A stretch of 64,000 nucleotides of DNA from Firmicutes bacterium UBA5286 (GTDB lineage Bacteria > Bacillota > Proteinivoracia > UBA4975). The stretch covers positions 3,187 to 67,186 of the forward strand of contig DHSM01000008.1 of NCBI GenBank assembly GCA_002408465.1, in the 5' to 3' direction. Within the stretch, counting starts at the first letter, position 1; each line of letters begins with the position of its first letter. Positions 1-9,304 of the stretch are shown in pieces. The notes under the pieces were generated by a model. It was not told the origin of the DNA and ran no database searches. It saw only the letters and a program-made list of their open reading frames with translations. A program made the position numbers and the translations under genes.

Positions 1-326
1 TCAGTAAAGAATGTACCCATTGCAAAACATAAAATTAATTTTATCCTCCCTTCTATACCGAATTTCCAGGCAATGTTGCCGTTATATACTTCTGCAGGGC
101 CATCATTTCATTCTTTTTCTCTCGCTCTCTTTTTAATAATATCAAAAATCGTAATATTGTCTTTCGCAAATTTATAAAAGATTTAAAAAATAGGTGTATT
201 AGCGCTAGAACCCGAATTGTCAGACTTGATGGAATCAGGGAAGTGGTAGAGATTGAATAACTTACTGCATCGGATTTGTCGGATCCCAGGGGGGGATTTT
301 TTTTTGTGCAAAATTAACCTGTATTT

Positions 327-357
327 GCATGAATACCCATTGCAGCGGGAAACACTA
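327..357 (+). promoter_or_regulatory. SigF/SigG-type forespore promoter of dacF
   Basis: GCATG-N-GGAAACACTA resembles the Bacillus SigF/SigG consensus; dacF is forespore-expressed in B. subtilis. Confidence 0.6.
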
Positions 358-385
358 AAGCAAGATACTACCAGGAGGGATAATT

Positions 386-1597
386 TTGCGAAAACTGACC
401 TGTCTTGTCTTAGTAGTCCTGCTGTTCGGCGTTATTCCTGCAGGCGCCGCAGATTCCACCTATCAGCCGGAAGACATTGATACCACTTCAGAGGTGGAAA
501 TTGGGCAGATTCCGCCCTATGAGGGAGAGCTGTCTGCCAAGAGCGCTGTGCTCATGGATTCGATTACCGGCAAAATCTTGTTCGAAAAGGACCCCCATAC
601 CCAGCGGCCTCCCGCAAGCATCGCCAAGATCATGACCATGCTCTTGGTCATGGAGGCTTTGGAGCGGGGGGAACTGGCCCTGGATGATGTTATGATTGCC
701 AGCACCCGGGCCAAGGAAACCGGGGGCACTCAGATTTTTCTGGATGTAGGGGACGAGATTACCGTGGAGCAGGCCATGATTGGCATGGCTGTGGAGTCGG
801 CTAATGATGCAGCCATAGTTGTGGCGGAGCATCTTGGCGGTTCGGTGGAAGGCTTTGTGGAGATGATGAACCGCCGGGCCCAGGAATTGGGCATGGAAAA
901 TACCCGTTTTGCCAATCCCACCGGCCTTCCGGAGGATGCGGAGGGGAACATGACCACAGCCTATGATGTAGCTTTGATGGCCCGAGAATTGCTGACCCAT
1001 CCTCAGATTACCACCTGGACTACCATCCCCTGGGATACCCAGTTTATGGGCAAAGTTTATATCGCCAACAAAAACCTCAAGTTTATCCGCAACTATCCAG
1101 GGGGGGACGGACTCAAAACCGGCTGGACTGAGGAGGCGGGCTACTGCCTTGCCGCCACTGCCGTCAGAGACGACACCAGGATGATTTCAGTGGTCATGAA
1201 CACCCCTACCTATGAGCTGAGGACCAGGGATGCGGTAAATCTGCTGAATTACGGCTTCGCCCATTGGCGCAGCCAGCGGCTCTACAGCCATGATGAAGTC
1301 CTGACTACAGTCCTGGTGGATAAGGGCAGAAGGCGCAGGGTTGAGCTGGTTCCCTCCCGGGATGTGGCAGTGCTCCTTGAGAAAAGCGACAGCCGGGAAG
1401 TGAGCACAGTCATCAACCTGCCCAAGCTGGTGAAGGCGCCTTTGGCCAAGGGAGACCCAGTGGGCAGCCTGGATGTAATGCTGGGGGATGAAGTGCTGGA
1501 AACCATCGACTTGGTTGCGGCAGAGGCGGTGTCCCGAGCTAACTGGATACAACTGCTGGGCCGGGTGGTAATTAATCTCATCTCGTCAATTAAATAG
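386..1597 (+). CDS. dacF: D-alanyl-D-alanine carboxypeptidase (peptidase S11)
   Basis: Signal peptide, SxxK (SIAK), SxN (SAN) and KTG motifs; directly upstream of spoIIA; AGGAGG RBS before TTG. Confidence 0.92.
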   Translation: MRKLTCLVLVVLLFGVIPAGAADSTYQPEDIDTTSEVEIGQIPPYEGELSAKSAVLMDSITGKILFEKDPHTQRPPASIAKIMTMLLVMEALERGELALDDVMIASTRAKETGGTQIFLDVGDEITVEQAMIGMAVESANDAAIVVAEHLGGSVEGFVEMMNRRAQELGMENTRFANPTGLPEDAEGNMTTAYDVALMARELLTHPQITTWTTIPWDTQFMGKVYIANKNLKFIRNYPGGDGLKTGWTEEAGYCLAATAVRDDTRMISVVMNTPTYELRTRDAVNLLNYGFAHWRSQRLYSHDEVLTTVLVDKGRRRRVELVPSRDVAVLLEKSDSREVSTVINLPKLVKAPLAKGDPVGSLDVMLGDEVLETIDLVAAEAVSRANWIQLLGRVVINLISSIK

Positions 1598-1609
1598 TCT
1601 GCTGTCCAG

Positions 1610-1636
1610 GCAGGAATTGCCAAGATTCTGGCGAAC
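1610..1636 (+). promoter_or_regulatory. SigH-type promoter of the spoIIA operon
   Basis: GCAGGAATT...GCGAAC with AGGA-N17-GAAC spacing; spoIIA is SigH-dependent in Bacillus. Confidence 0.7.
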
Positions 1637-1661
1637 TTTTATCAGTGGGAGGGGATGCCAG

Positions 1662-2003
1662 GTGAAGGTAGCCAAACACTATCACGGCAATATTCTGATT
1701 GTGGCCGCAGCCGGTGAATTGGACCACCATACCGCCGCTGCGCTCAAAGGCTGTATCCAAGAAGAACTGGGCAAAGGCATGGTCCGGCATATTATCTTGG
1801 ATCTTTCCGGTTTGAGCTTTATGGACAGCTCAGGCCTGGGTGTGTTGCTGGGACGTTATAAGGAACTGGCCAAGTGGCAGGGGAATATGCTTGCCTTTGG
1901 CCTGCAGCCCCTTGTGGAAAAATTGTTCCTGATGACGGGTCTCAACAAGCTGATTCCTGTTTATGCCAATTTAGATTCCTGTCTCAAGGCCTTGGGGGTG
2001 TGA
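1662..2003 (+). CDS. spoIIAA: Anti-sigma F factor antagonist (STAS domain)
   Basis: GELDHH and FMDSSGLGVLLGRYK motifs; GTG start after GGAGGGG. Confidence 0.95.
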   Translation: MKVAKHYHGNILIVAAAGELDHHTAAALKGCIQEELGKGMVRHIILDLSGLSFMDSSGLGVLLGRYKELAKWQGNMLAFGLQPLVEKLFLMTGLNKLIPVYANLDSCLKALGV

Positions 2004-2005
2004 AG

Positions 2006-2461
2006 ATGGAAGTGATCAACTACTTCACAATCTCATTTCCCGCTTCTTCCCGCAATGAATCCTTTGCCCGGGTGGTGGTTGCAGCCTTTGCCGCCCAGCT
2101 GGATCCTACTTTAGAAGAACTCAATGAAATTAAGACAGCGGTATCTGAAGCTGTTACCAATGCCATTATTCACGGTTACCGGGATCGGTGCGGCGAGGTG
2201 GTAATTGCTTGCAGCCTGCGGCAGGATAACAGCCTGGAAGTGATTGTCAAAGATACCGGCACTGGCATTGATAACCTGGAGCAGGCCCGGGAGCCTCTGT
2301 ATACATCCCGGCCCGATCTGGAGCGGTCGGGAATGGGCTTTACTGTCATGGAAGAGTTTATGGATTCAGTCTCCATCCAGACTCAGCCGGGTCAGGGGAC
2401 GTCAGTGACCATGACCAAGAGGATTTCTGCCGGGGAGCAGGGAGGCAATGGAAAGAATTAA
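2006..2461 (+). CDS. spoIIAB: Anti-sigma F factor (Ser kinase)
   Basis: NESFARVVVAAF, AVSEAVTNAIIHGY, ERSGMGFTVME motifs. Confidence 0.96.
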   Translation: MEVINYFTISFPASSRNESFARVVVAAFAAQLDPTLEELNEIKTAVSEAVTNAIIHGYRDRCGEVVIACSLRQDNSLEVIVKDTGTGIDNLEQAREPLYTSRPDLERSGMGFTVMEEFMDSVSIQTQPGQGTSVTMTKRISAGEQGGNGKN

Positions 2462-3143
2462 TGGGGCCCTGCCTCCCCTGGAGCAAAAACTGGCCAGGGA
2501 GTACTTGGCCAGGGCCCAGGCTGGCGACCAGGGAGCCAGGGAAGTGCTGGTGCGTCACAATTTGTTGCTGGTGAAAAAGGTGGCAGCCCGGTTTACAGGG
2601 GCAGATTCTATGGATGACCTGTTCCAGGTAGGGTGTATAGGGCTGTTAAAGGCTGTGGACAACTTTGATTTGTCCAGGGACACCTCTTTCTCCACCTATG
2701 CTGTCCCCAGAATCATGGGCGAAATCCGCATGTACTTGCGGGACAATAAGCCAGTGAAGGTCAGCAGAGATTTGGTGCGGATAGCCAGCCTGGTCAAAAA
2801 ATGCCGGCGCAGTCTGGAGCAGGAACTGGGCCGCGAGCCCAGCGTGGGTGAAGTGGCGGCTCAGCTGAATCTTGGCGTTGAAGAAGTGGCTGCCGCTGAA
2901 ACTGCCTTGGCGCCGCCGGCGGATTTATGCGAGGCAGACTCTGCCCAGCTGATGGATGAAATGCGGATAGCCCTGAAAGAAGTAATCGGCCGCCTGGAAC
3001 TGCGGGAGCGGCAGGTAATCACCCTGAGGTTTTTTCAGGATATGTCCCAGCATCAGGTTGCGGACAAGTTGGGCATTTCCCAGGGACATGTATCTCGGAT
3101 TGAGCGGGAAGTGCTGATAAAGCTTAAGACAGCTATGGGTTAG
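2448..3143 (+). CDS. sigF: Sporulation sigma factor SigF
   Basis: DDLFQVGCIGLLKAVDNFD...FSTYAVPRIMGEI, region 4 HTH; third gene of spoIIA. Confidence 0.92.
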   Translation: MERINGALPPLEQKLAREYLARAQAGDQGAREVLVRHNLLLVKKVAARFTGADSMDDLFQVGCIGLLKAVDNFDLSRDTSFSTYAVPRIMGEIRMYLRDNKPVKVSRDLVRIASLVKKCRRSLEQELGREPSVGEVAAQLNLGVEEVAAAETALAPPADLCEADSAQLMDEMRIALKEVIGRLELRERQVITLRFFQDMSQHQVADKLGISQGHVSRIEREVLIKLKTAMG

Positions 3144-3165
3144 CCCCCAGGTTGTCTTTTTTTAT

Positions 3166-3196
3166 GGATAAGTTTCGCCCTCAAGGGGAAAATCTA
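3166..3196 (+). promoter_or_regulatory. SigG/SigF-type promoter of dodecin-spoVA
   Basis: GGATA-N16-GGAAAATCTA upstream of the RBS. Confidence 0.45.
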
Positions 3197-3225
3197 TACA
3201 CAGATAAATAAGAGGAGGTTTTGTA

Positions 3226-3429
3226 ATGTCTGTATACAAGGTAATTGAATTGGTAGGAGAATCCAGCTCTGGTTGGCAGGGCGCCGTAGAGGACGCCATT
3301 GAACGGGCTTCCAAGACGGTGGACGGCATTACCGGCGTAGAACTGCTCAATATGACGGCCAAGGTACGAAACGGGCGCGTCATCGGCTGGAAGGCCAATG
3401 TAAAAGCTGCCTTTGAGGTCCAAGAGTAA
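3226..3429 (+). CDS. Dodecin family flavin-binding protein
   Basis: MSVYKVIELVGES...W..AVEDAIERASKT...ANVKAAFEV is dodecin-like. Confidence 0.88.
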   Translation: MSVYKVIELVGESSSGWQGAVEDAIERASKTVDGITGVELLNMTAKVRNGRVIGWKANVKAAFEVQE

Positions 3430-3504
3430 AAATGATATCCCCCCGTTGCGGGGGATTTGAATATTTAGGGATTGCTAGTTAAAACTATTGCCGAGGTGAA
3501 TATT

Positions 3505-3951
3505 TTGAAGGATTTACTAAAAGATCCTGCAGCCTATCAGGCCCTTGCCAATGAGAAAAAGCCCAAACCCAGGCTGGCAAAGAACCTCACTATGGCCTTT
3601 TTGGTGGGGGGAGGAATTTGCACCCTGGGACAGCTGATTCAAAATATCTATATTAAATTCTTTAATTTCCCCCCCGAACGGGCTGGAGATCCTACTACGA
3701 CAACAGTCATCTTTATCAGCGGGCTCCTTACCGCTCTGGGAGTCTTTGATAAGATAGCCCGGCATGCTGGCGCGGGTACAGCTGTGCCCGTTACCGGGTT
3801 TGCCAATTCCATCGTCAGCGCTGCTCTGGAGTTTAAACGCGAGGGCTTTGTCTTGGGAGTGGGCAGTAAAATGTTCATCCTGGCCGGCTCGGTAATTGTT
3901 TTCGGTGTGGTCACTGCTTTTGTCGTGGGCTTAATCTCGGCATTGCTCTAG
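3505..3951 (+). CDS. spoVAC: Stage V sporulation protein AC
   Basis: AFLVGGGICTLGQ, AGAGTAVPVTGFANS; TTG start after GAGGTG. Confidence 0.93.
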   Translation: MKDLLKDPAAYQALANEKKPKPRLAKNLTMAFLVGGGICTLGQLIQNIYIKFFNFPPERAGDPTTTTVIFISGLLTALGVFDKIARHAGAGTAVPVTGFANSIVSAALEFKREGFVLGVGSKMFILAGSVIVFGVVTAFVVGLISALL

Positions 3952-3963
3952 GGAGGGAAGAGA

Positions 3964-4956
3964 GTGGCCACCAAAAAGGGAAAACAGACTATTGTCTTTG
4001 CTGTCAAACCGGTAATTATCGGCTATTCTACCGTTGCTGGCCCCAAGGAGGGCCAGGGGCCGGTAGGTCCATACTTTGACAAAATATATCCAGATCTAGC
4101 CATGGGGCAAAAGAGTTTTGAAAAGGCAGAGAGACAGATGATGCTCAACGCCATTGACACAGCTCTGGAAAAGGCCAGTCTTTCCCGGAGCAATATCGAT
4201 TATTTTGTCGCCGGCGACCTCTTAAACCAAATAATCTCTTCAGGATTTAGCGCCCTGGAACTTGGCGCGCCATTCCTGGGAATCTACGGCGCCTGTTCCA
4301 GCTTTTGTGAAGGCTTAATTTTCGCTGGCGTACTGGTGGACAGCGGCGCTGCCCAGGCAGTTATTACCGCCACTTCCAGCCATAACAACACTGCCGAGCG
4401 TCAGTACAGATACCCGATCGAATACGGCGCCCAGCTGCCCCCTTGGTCGCAACATACAGTTACAGGGGCGGCGGCCACTGCAGTAGCAGTCCGGGGTTTG
4501 GGCCCCCGGCTGGAATTGGCTACTGTCGGCAAGGTCATGGATTTGGGCATCAAGGACCCCCTGAACATGGGGGCGGCCATGGCCCCTGCCGCTGCCGACA
4601 CGATTTTCACCCATATGGAGGATACCGGCCGCAATCCCGGGGATTATGACTTAATTGTCACAGGGGATTTGGGGAAAATAGGGCGGGAAATCGTGGTAGA
4701 GCTGGCTCAGCGCCAGGGCTTCGATCTCAGCGGCAACTACAGGGATTGCGGCGAACTGATTTACAGCAAGGAGCAGCTGGAGAACGCCGGGGGTAGCGGC
4801 TGCGCCTGCTCTGCTTTAGTTACCTTAGGGATGCTCTTTAATCAGAACTATAAGCGGATTCTGGTGGTGGCTACCGGCGCCCTGCACAGCCCGACTTCCT
4901 ATCAGCAGGGTGAAAATATACCTGCAATTGCCCATGCAATATCAATTGAGTTTTAA
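3964..4956 (+). CDS. spoVAD: Stage V sporulation protein AD (DPA-binding, thiolase-like fold)
   Basis: GDLLNQII, AERQYRYPIEYG, MGAAMAPAAADT, GGSGCACS motifs. Confidence 0.96.
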   Translation: MATKKGKQTIVFAVKPVIIGYSTVAGPKEGQGPVGPYFDKIYPDLAMGQKSFEKAERQMMLNAIDTALEKASLSRSNIDYFVAGDLLNQIISSGFSALELGAPFLGIYGACSSFCEGLIFAGVLVDSGAAQAVITATSSHNNTAERQYRYPIEYGAQLPPWSQHTVTGAAATAVAVRGLGPRLELATVGKVMDLGIKDPLNMGAAMAPAAADTIFTHMEDTGRNPGDYDLIVTGDLGKIGREIVVELAQRQGFDLSGNYRDCGELIYSKEQLENAGGSGCACSALVTLGMLFNQNYKRILVVATGALHSPTSYQQGENIPAIAHAISIEF

Positions 4957-4972
4957 CAGGAGGGGAAAATGA

Positions 4973-5326
4973 ATGGGATCATATTTGACAGCCTTTCTGG
5001 TGGGCGGCGCCATTTGCCTGGTCGCCCAACTGCTCTTTGACCTTACCCCCCTGACCCCTGCCCATGTCCTGGTCATATTTGTTGTGGCAGGGGGAGTGCT
5101 GGGAGGGCTGGGGCTGTACGATCCATTAATCAAATTTGCCGGGGCGGGAGCGACACTGCCCATTTCCAGCTTTGGCAACGCTTTAGTTAAGGGGGCCATG
5201 GCCGAAGCCGCCCGCTCGGGTCCCATCGGCATTCTCACGGGAACTTTTGAGCTGACCAGTTCGGGGATTACGGCCTCAATAATTTTTGGCTTTTTCTTTG
5301 CCCTCCTTTTTAACCCCAAGGGATAG
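4973..5326 (+). CDS. spoVAE: Stage V sporulation protein AE (SpoVAEb-like)
   Basis: AFLVGGAIC, FAGAGATLPISSFGN, LLFNPKG. Confidence 0.92.
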   Translation: MGSYLTAFLVGGAICLVAQLLFDLTPLTPAHVLVIFVVAGGVLGGLGLYDPLIKFAGAGATLPISSFGNALVKGAMAEAARSGPIGILTGTFELTSSGITASIIFGFFFALLFNPKG

Positions 5327-5330
5327 CGCT

Positions 5331-5723
5331 GTGCTCAGGCTGGATATTTTGGGCATTCTCTTGTCTCTGTTTTTTCTGGGTCCCAGGAATTGGCGCTGGA
5401 GCCTAGCTGCGGCCGGGGTCGCTTTGGCGGCAACCTTGCTGTTTCTGGTAGTATGGAGGGCTGACCTGACGGCGTATACTATGGGCGGTCTCTTTACCCA
5501 GGTAGAACTTGGGGGCAGCCGTTTTAGCGCCTTGCTGGCAGGACTGCCTGGTCCCTTTGCCTGCTATGCAGTGGCCAAGTTTATGGCTGGTCGACCCATG
5601 GGCCAAGCCGGCTGGCTCAGACAAATCTTGCCTTGGAACGAGCTGGAAAACCCGGCGGCGGGGACATTTGCAAAGTATGCGCTGCTTTCAGCAGTGTTTT
5701 GTCTCATTAAAACTTTGAGTTGA
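5331..5723 (+). CDS. Hypothetical membrane protein
   Basis: Hydrophobic ORF filling the gap between spoVAE and spoVAF; start uncertain. Confidence 0.6.
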   Translation: MLRLDILGILLSLFFLGPRNWRWSLAAAGVALAATLLFLVVWRADLTAYTMGGLFTQVELGGSRFSALLAGLPGPFACYAVAKFMAGRPMGQAGWLRQILPWNELENPAAGTFAKYALLSAVFCLIKTLS

Positions 5724-5735
5724 CAGGGGAGAAGC

Positions 5736-6198
5736 ATGGAGGAGCAAAAAAATAAAGTTGCGGCGGACCTGAAACAGAATGTGGAGCGCCTTAAAAAAGA
5801 CCTTGGCGTCGGCGAAAGTTTTGACGTCTTAGTCCGGGAGTTTAAAGTGGGGGGCAAAGGGGTTGCTCTCTTTTTTGTTGATGGTTTCGCCAAGGATGAT
5901 ATCTTGGTCTGGGTGATGCAATCCCTGTTCCGGGTCATGCGGGAACAGAGTGCGCCCCCACTGGTTTCAGCCCTTTTCCAAAGGTGCGCTATACGGAAAG
6001 GCCTGACGTGGCTGCAGTGCACCTGGGCTGCTGCTCTTTTTATGGGCTGTACGCACCCGTTCTTTTGGTGTCCCCTATTTGTGGCCCCTAGTGCCCTTTA
6101 ATGCTCAGGCTTTGCTGGCGATTATAGTGCGCAAGCCTGTTCCCGTCAGCAAATCACGGCCCAGCGTCGTCAAGCCCCGGGATGAGGACCGCCTGTAG
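5736..6198 (+). pseudogene. spoVAF: Internally deleted SpoVAF/GerA-family gene
   Basis: N-terminus (SFDVLVREF...FFVDGFAKD), central motif (PFPKVRYTERPDVAAVHL) and C-terminus (TRSFGVPYLWPLVPFN...EDRL*) lie in three different frames within 463 bp. Confidence 0.85.
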
Positions 6199-6215
6199 AA
6201 ATGGAGGAATGAAAC

Positions 6216-7136
6216 TTGCGCATCGGCTTGCCCAGGGCATTGCTGTACTATAATTATCGGCCAGCTCTGGAATATCTGGCCCGGGAAAATGCCACCGAGA
6301 TAATTGTCAGTTCGGCGACCAACAAGCTTAAACTGGAACAGGGGCTGGCCCTGTGCGATGACGAGGTCTGTTTGCCGGTCAAGGTAATGATGGGCCATGT
6401 CCAATCCCTGCTGCAGGAGGATGTGGATGCCCTGTTTGTGCCCCGGATTATCAGCCTGGAAAAGAAACGCTATATCTGTCCAAAATTCCTCGGCCTGCCG
6501 GATATGGTCCGAGCCAATCTGGGGGCAAAAGTTCCTCTCATCAGCCCTGTTATCAACGTGAGCTGGAGCAAGCTGCGGCAATTGCGGGAAGGGATTAAAA
6601 GCCTAAGGCCTTTGCCCAGGCAGCCCCTGAAGCTGTGGGGAGCGCTGGGCAGGGCTGCCCGGGTCCAGGAGCTGCACCGCCGGCAGCTGGCTGCGGCTCT
6701 TGACCTTCCCTCACCGGGCAAGCGGGTGGCTGTCCTGGGCCATGCTTATAATATCTTCGATGAATACCTTAATTTTGGCATTCTCAATAAATTATCTGCC
6801 CTGGGAGCTGCGCCGGTGACCGTGGAGAATTTCAGCCGGGGGCAAATTAACCAAGGGGCCAGCGGCCTCTGCAAAGACCTGTTTTGGAGCTATGGCCGGG
6901 AAGTGGTGGGGGCGGCCTTTTATTGCCTGAATTTCAAGGCTGTAGACGGGGTTATCCTTGTGGCCTCTTTTGGCTGCGGACCGGATTCCCTGATTACCGA
7001 AATTATTGGGCGCAGGTTTTCCAATTCTTCAATTCCCCTGATGTCTATTATCCTGGATGAGCATTCTTCCGGCATCGGGCTGGCTACCAGGGTAGAGGCC
7101 TTTGTGGATATGCTTAACTGGAGGGATATGGCATGA
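6216..7136 (+). CDS. Acyl-CoA dehydratase activase-related protein (DUF2229-like)
   Basis: IGLPRALLYY, CLPVKVMMGHV, CPKFLGLPDM, FGCGPDS, LDEHS...TRVEAF. Confidence 0.8.
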   Translation: MRIGLPRALLYYNYRPALEYLARENATEIIVSSATNKLKLEQGLALCDDEVCLPVKVMMGHVQSLLQEDVDALFVPRIISLEKKRYICPKFLGLPDMVRANLGAKVPLISPVINVSWSKLRQLREGIKSLRPLPRQPLKLWGALGRAARVQELHRRQLAAALDLPSPGKRVAVLGHAYNIFDEYLNFGILNKLSALGAAPVTVENFSRGQINQGASGLCKDLFWSYGREVVGAAFYCLNFKAVDGVILVASFGCGPDSLITEIIGRRFSNSSIPLMSIILDEHSSGIGLATRVEAFVDMLNWRDMA

Positions 7137-8233
7137 AAATCTCTTTTCCCCACCTGGGCTATTGTTCAATTCCCTTGAGGTCTCTGTTCGCAGACCTGGG
7201 GCATGAGGTCATCGTCCCCCCGCCCATAACAAGAAAGACCATAAGTCTGGGAACCCGCCATGGTCCTGAATTTGCCTGCTACCCGCTAAAATTGGGATTG
7301 GGCAATTTTATCGAGGCCCTGGAGCTGGGGGCAGACACCTTGGTCATGGGTGGGGGAATCGGGCCCTGCCGCTTTGGCTACTACGCCCAGGTGCAAAGGG
7401 ATATCTTGCAGTCCCTGGGCTACAAATTCAAGATGCTGGTGGTGGAACCGCCCCTGGGCCATGCCCGCCAAGTCTTGGCAGTTGCCCGGGAGCTGAAGGG
7501 GGGGAAAAGCTGGCTTGATCTGATGCGGGCAGGACAGCTGGCTTTGGCCAAACTGCGGGCCTGTGATGAGCTCCACCGGGCCAGTTTGAAACAGCGGCCC
7601 AGGGTTCAGGATAAGCCAGCCTTTTCCCGCCTCTACCAACAGACTCTGGAGGAATTAGATGCCGCTCCGGGCATAAGGGCCGTCAATATAGTCAGAGACA
7701 AGGCCCTTGCGGCCATGGAGGCAATGCCCTTGCTTGACCGCATTCCCCCCAAAGTTGCCCTGGTGGGAGAAGTCTACTTGATTGCCGAACCTGCCGCCAA
7801 TTTGCGCATCGAAGAAAAACTCGGGAATATGGGGGTTGAAGTCTGCCGCCATGTGTGGATTTCCGAATGGCTCAGGGTCAATATCTTTCTGGATTTTCTG
7901 CGCCTCCATCGCCAGGAAAAGGCGGAAAAGCTGGCCAGGCCCTATTTGCAATGTTTCGTGGGAGGTCATGGTCAGCATTCGGTGGGAGAGACCCGGAAGG
8001 CGATCCGGGATGGTTTTGACGGGGTAATCCACGTCTATCCATTTACCTGCACCCCGGAAATTGTCGCCCGGGGAATAATGCAAAAGCTGGCTGCCCAGGA
8101 GAGAATGCCCCTGGCCTGTTTTTCTATGGATGAGCATTCCGGTGAGGCGGGATTTCAAACCCGTTTGGAAGCCTTTGTCGATATTTTGGGGCATCGAGTT
8201 AAGCGCGTGAAGGAGATGATAGAGCTTGGCTGA
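7133..8233 (+). CDS. 2-hydroxyacyl-CoA dehydratase-like / CoA activase-associated protein
   Basis: PEFACYPLK, GPCRFGYY, PFTCTPE, DEHSGEAGFQTRLEAF. Confidence 0.78.
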   Translation: MKISFPHLGYCSIPLRSLFADLGHEVIVPPPITRKTISLGTRHGPEFACYPLKLGLGNFIEALELGADTLVMGGGIGPCRFGYYAQVQRDILQSLGYKFKMLVVEPPLGHARQVLAVARELKGGKSWLDLMRAGQLALAKLRACDELHRASLKQRPRVQDKPAFSRLYQQTLEELDAAPGIRAVNIVRDKALAAMEAMPLLDRIPPKVALVGEVYLIAEPAANLRIEEKLGNMGVEVCRHVWISEWLRVNIFLDFLRLHRQEKAEKLARPYLQCFVGGHGQHSVGETRKAIRDGFDGVIHVYPFTCTPEIVARGIMQKLAAQERMPLACFSMDEHSGEAGFQTRLEAFVDILGHRVKRVKEMIELG

Positions 8234-9197
8234 AAAATATTACCTGGGAGTGGATGTGGGGTCGGTGAGCACTAATTTTTTCCTCATGGATGGCGGCAAG
8301 CAAGGGGTGTATTCTTCATATCTCAGGACTATGGGTCAGCCCATCAACACTGTCAAAGAAGGCCTGCGCCAGCTTGGCGGCTTTCTCGGAGGCAGGAAGA
8401 TCGCCGGCGTAGGCGTTACCGGCAGCGGCCGCAACCTGGCGGCAGTGCTACTGGGTGCCGACGTGGTGAAAAATGAGATCACCGCTCATGCAGTGGCTGC
8501 CGGCGACACTTGCCCGGGAGTAAATACCGTCTTGGAGATTGGCGGCCAGGATTCCAAGCTCATCATTCTTCGCCAGGGAGTGGTTGTAGATTTTGCCATG
8601 AACAGCGTGTGCGCAGCAGGCACCGGCTCATTTTTAGATCAACAAGCCGCGCGTTTGGGGATACCAATTGAAGAATTCGGCGGCCTGGCATTACAATCGG
8701 AAAACTCGGTGCGCATTGCCGGTCGCTGTTCGGTATTTGCCGAATCGGATATGATCCACAAACAGCAGATGGGCAACTCTCTCCCGGATATCATCGCCGG
8801 CCTCTGTGACGCGCTGGTCAGGAACTACCTCAACAACCTGGCCAAGGGCAAGGAGATCAAGGCGCCGGTGGTATTTCAGGGAGGGGTGGCAGCCAATGCC
8901 GGGATCAAGCGGGCTTTTGAACAGGCCCTGGGGCTGGAGGTGACAGTGCCGGAAAATTTTGATGTCATGGGCGCCTTGGGCGCAGCCTTGCTGGCCCGGG
9001 CCCAGGCCCGAGATAAGCCCAGCACTTTTTTGGGCATTGGCATCAGCGAGATGAGCCATACCAGCCGCAGCTTTTGTTGCAGCCACTGCGCCAATAATTG
9101 TGAAATCGTTGAGCTGTCTTGCGGTGACCGGGTCCTTGCCCGCTGGGGAGATCGCTGCGGCAAATGGTCTGGCCATGCCTGCAAAGATATTGGTTAA
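8226..9197 (+). CDS. Acyl-CoA dehydratase activase (HgdC/BcrAD/BadFG ATPase)
   Basis: GVDVGSVST, EIGGQDSK, CAAGTGSFLD, CSVFAESD; C-terminal CxxCxxxC. Confidence 0.92.
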   Translation: MAEKYYLGVDVGSVSTNFFLMDGGKQGVYSSYLRTMGQPINTVKEGLRQLGGFLGGRKIAGVGVTGSGRNLAAVLLGADVVKNEITAHAVAAGDTCPGVNTVLEIGGQDSKLIILRQGVVVDFAMNSVCAAGTGSFLDQQAARLGIPIEEFGGLALQSENSVRIAGRCSVFAESDMIHKQQMGNSLPDIIAGLCDALVRNYLNNLAKGKEIKAPVVFQGGVAANAGIKRAFEQALGLEVTVPENFDVMGALGAALLARAQARDKPSTFLGIGISEMSHTSRSFCCSHCANNCEIVELSCGDRVLARWGDRCGKWSGHACKDIG

Positions 9198-9304
9198 ACT
9201 CATAAACATGTAATTTACAGGCATAAATGATTAAATTGCAATTGGGTAAATATCTTCCCGCCAGCGTGCTTTGGGCTGGAATATGTTTTTGGAGGAAAAA
9301 GTTT

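Noticed and set aside
1..51. Minus-strand RBS and ATG at position 30 (MFCNGYILY*)
   Set aside because: Only nine codons with long RBS spacing at the window edge; cannot be supported as a gene.
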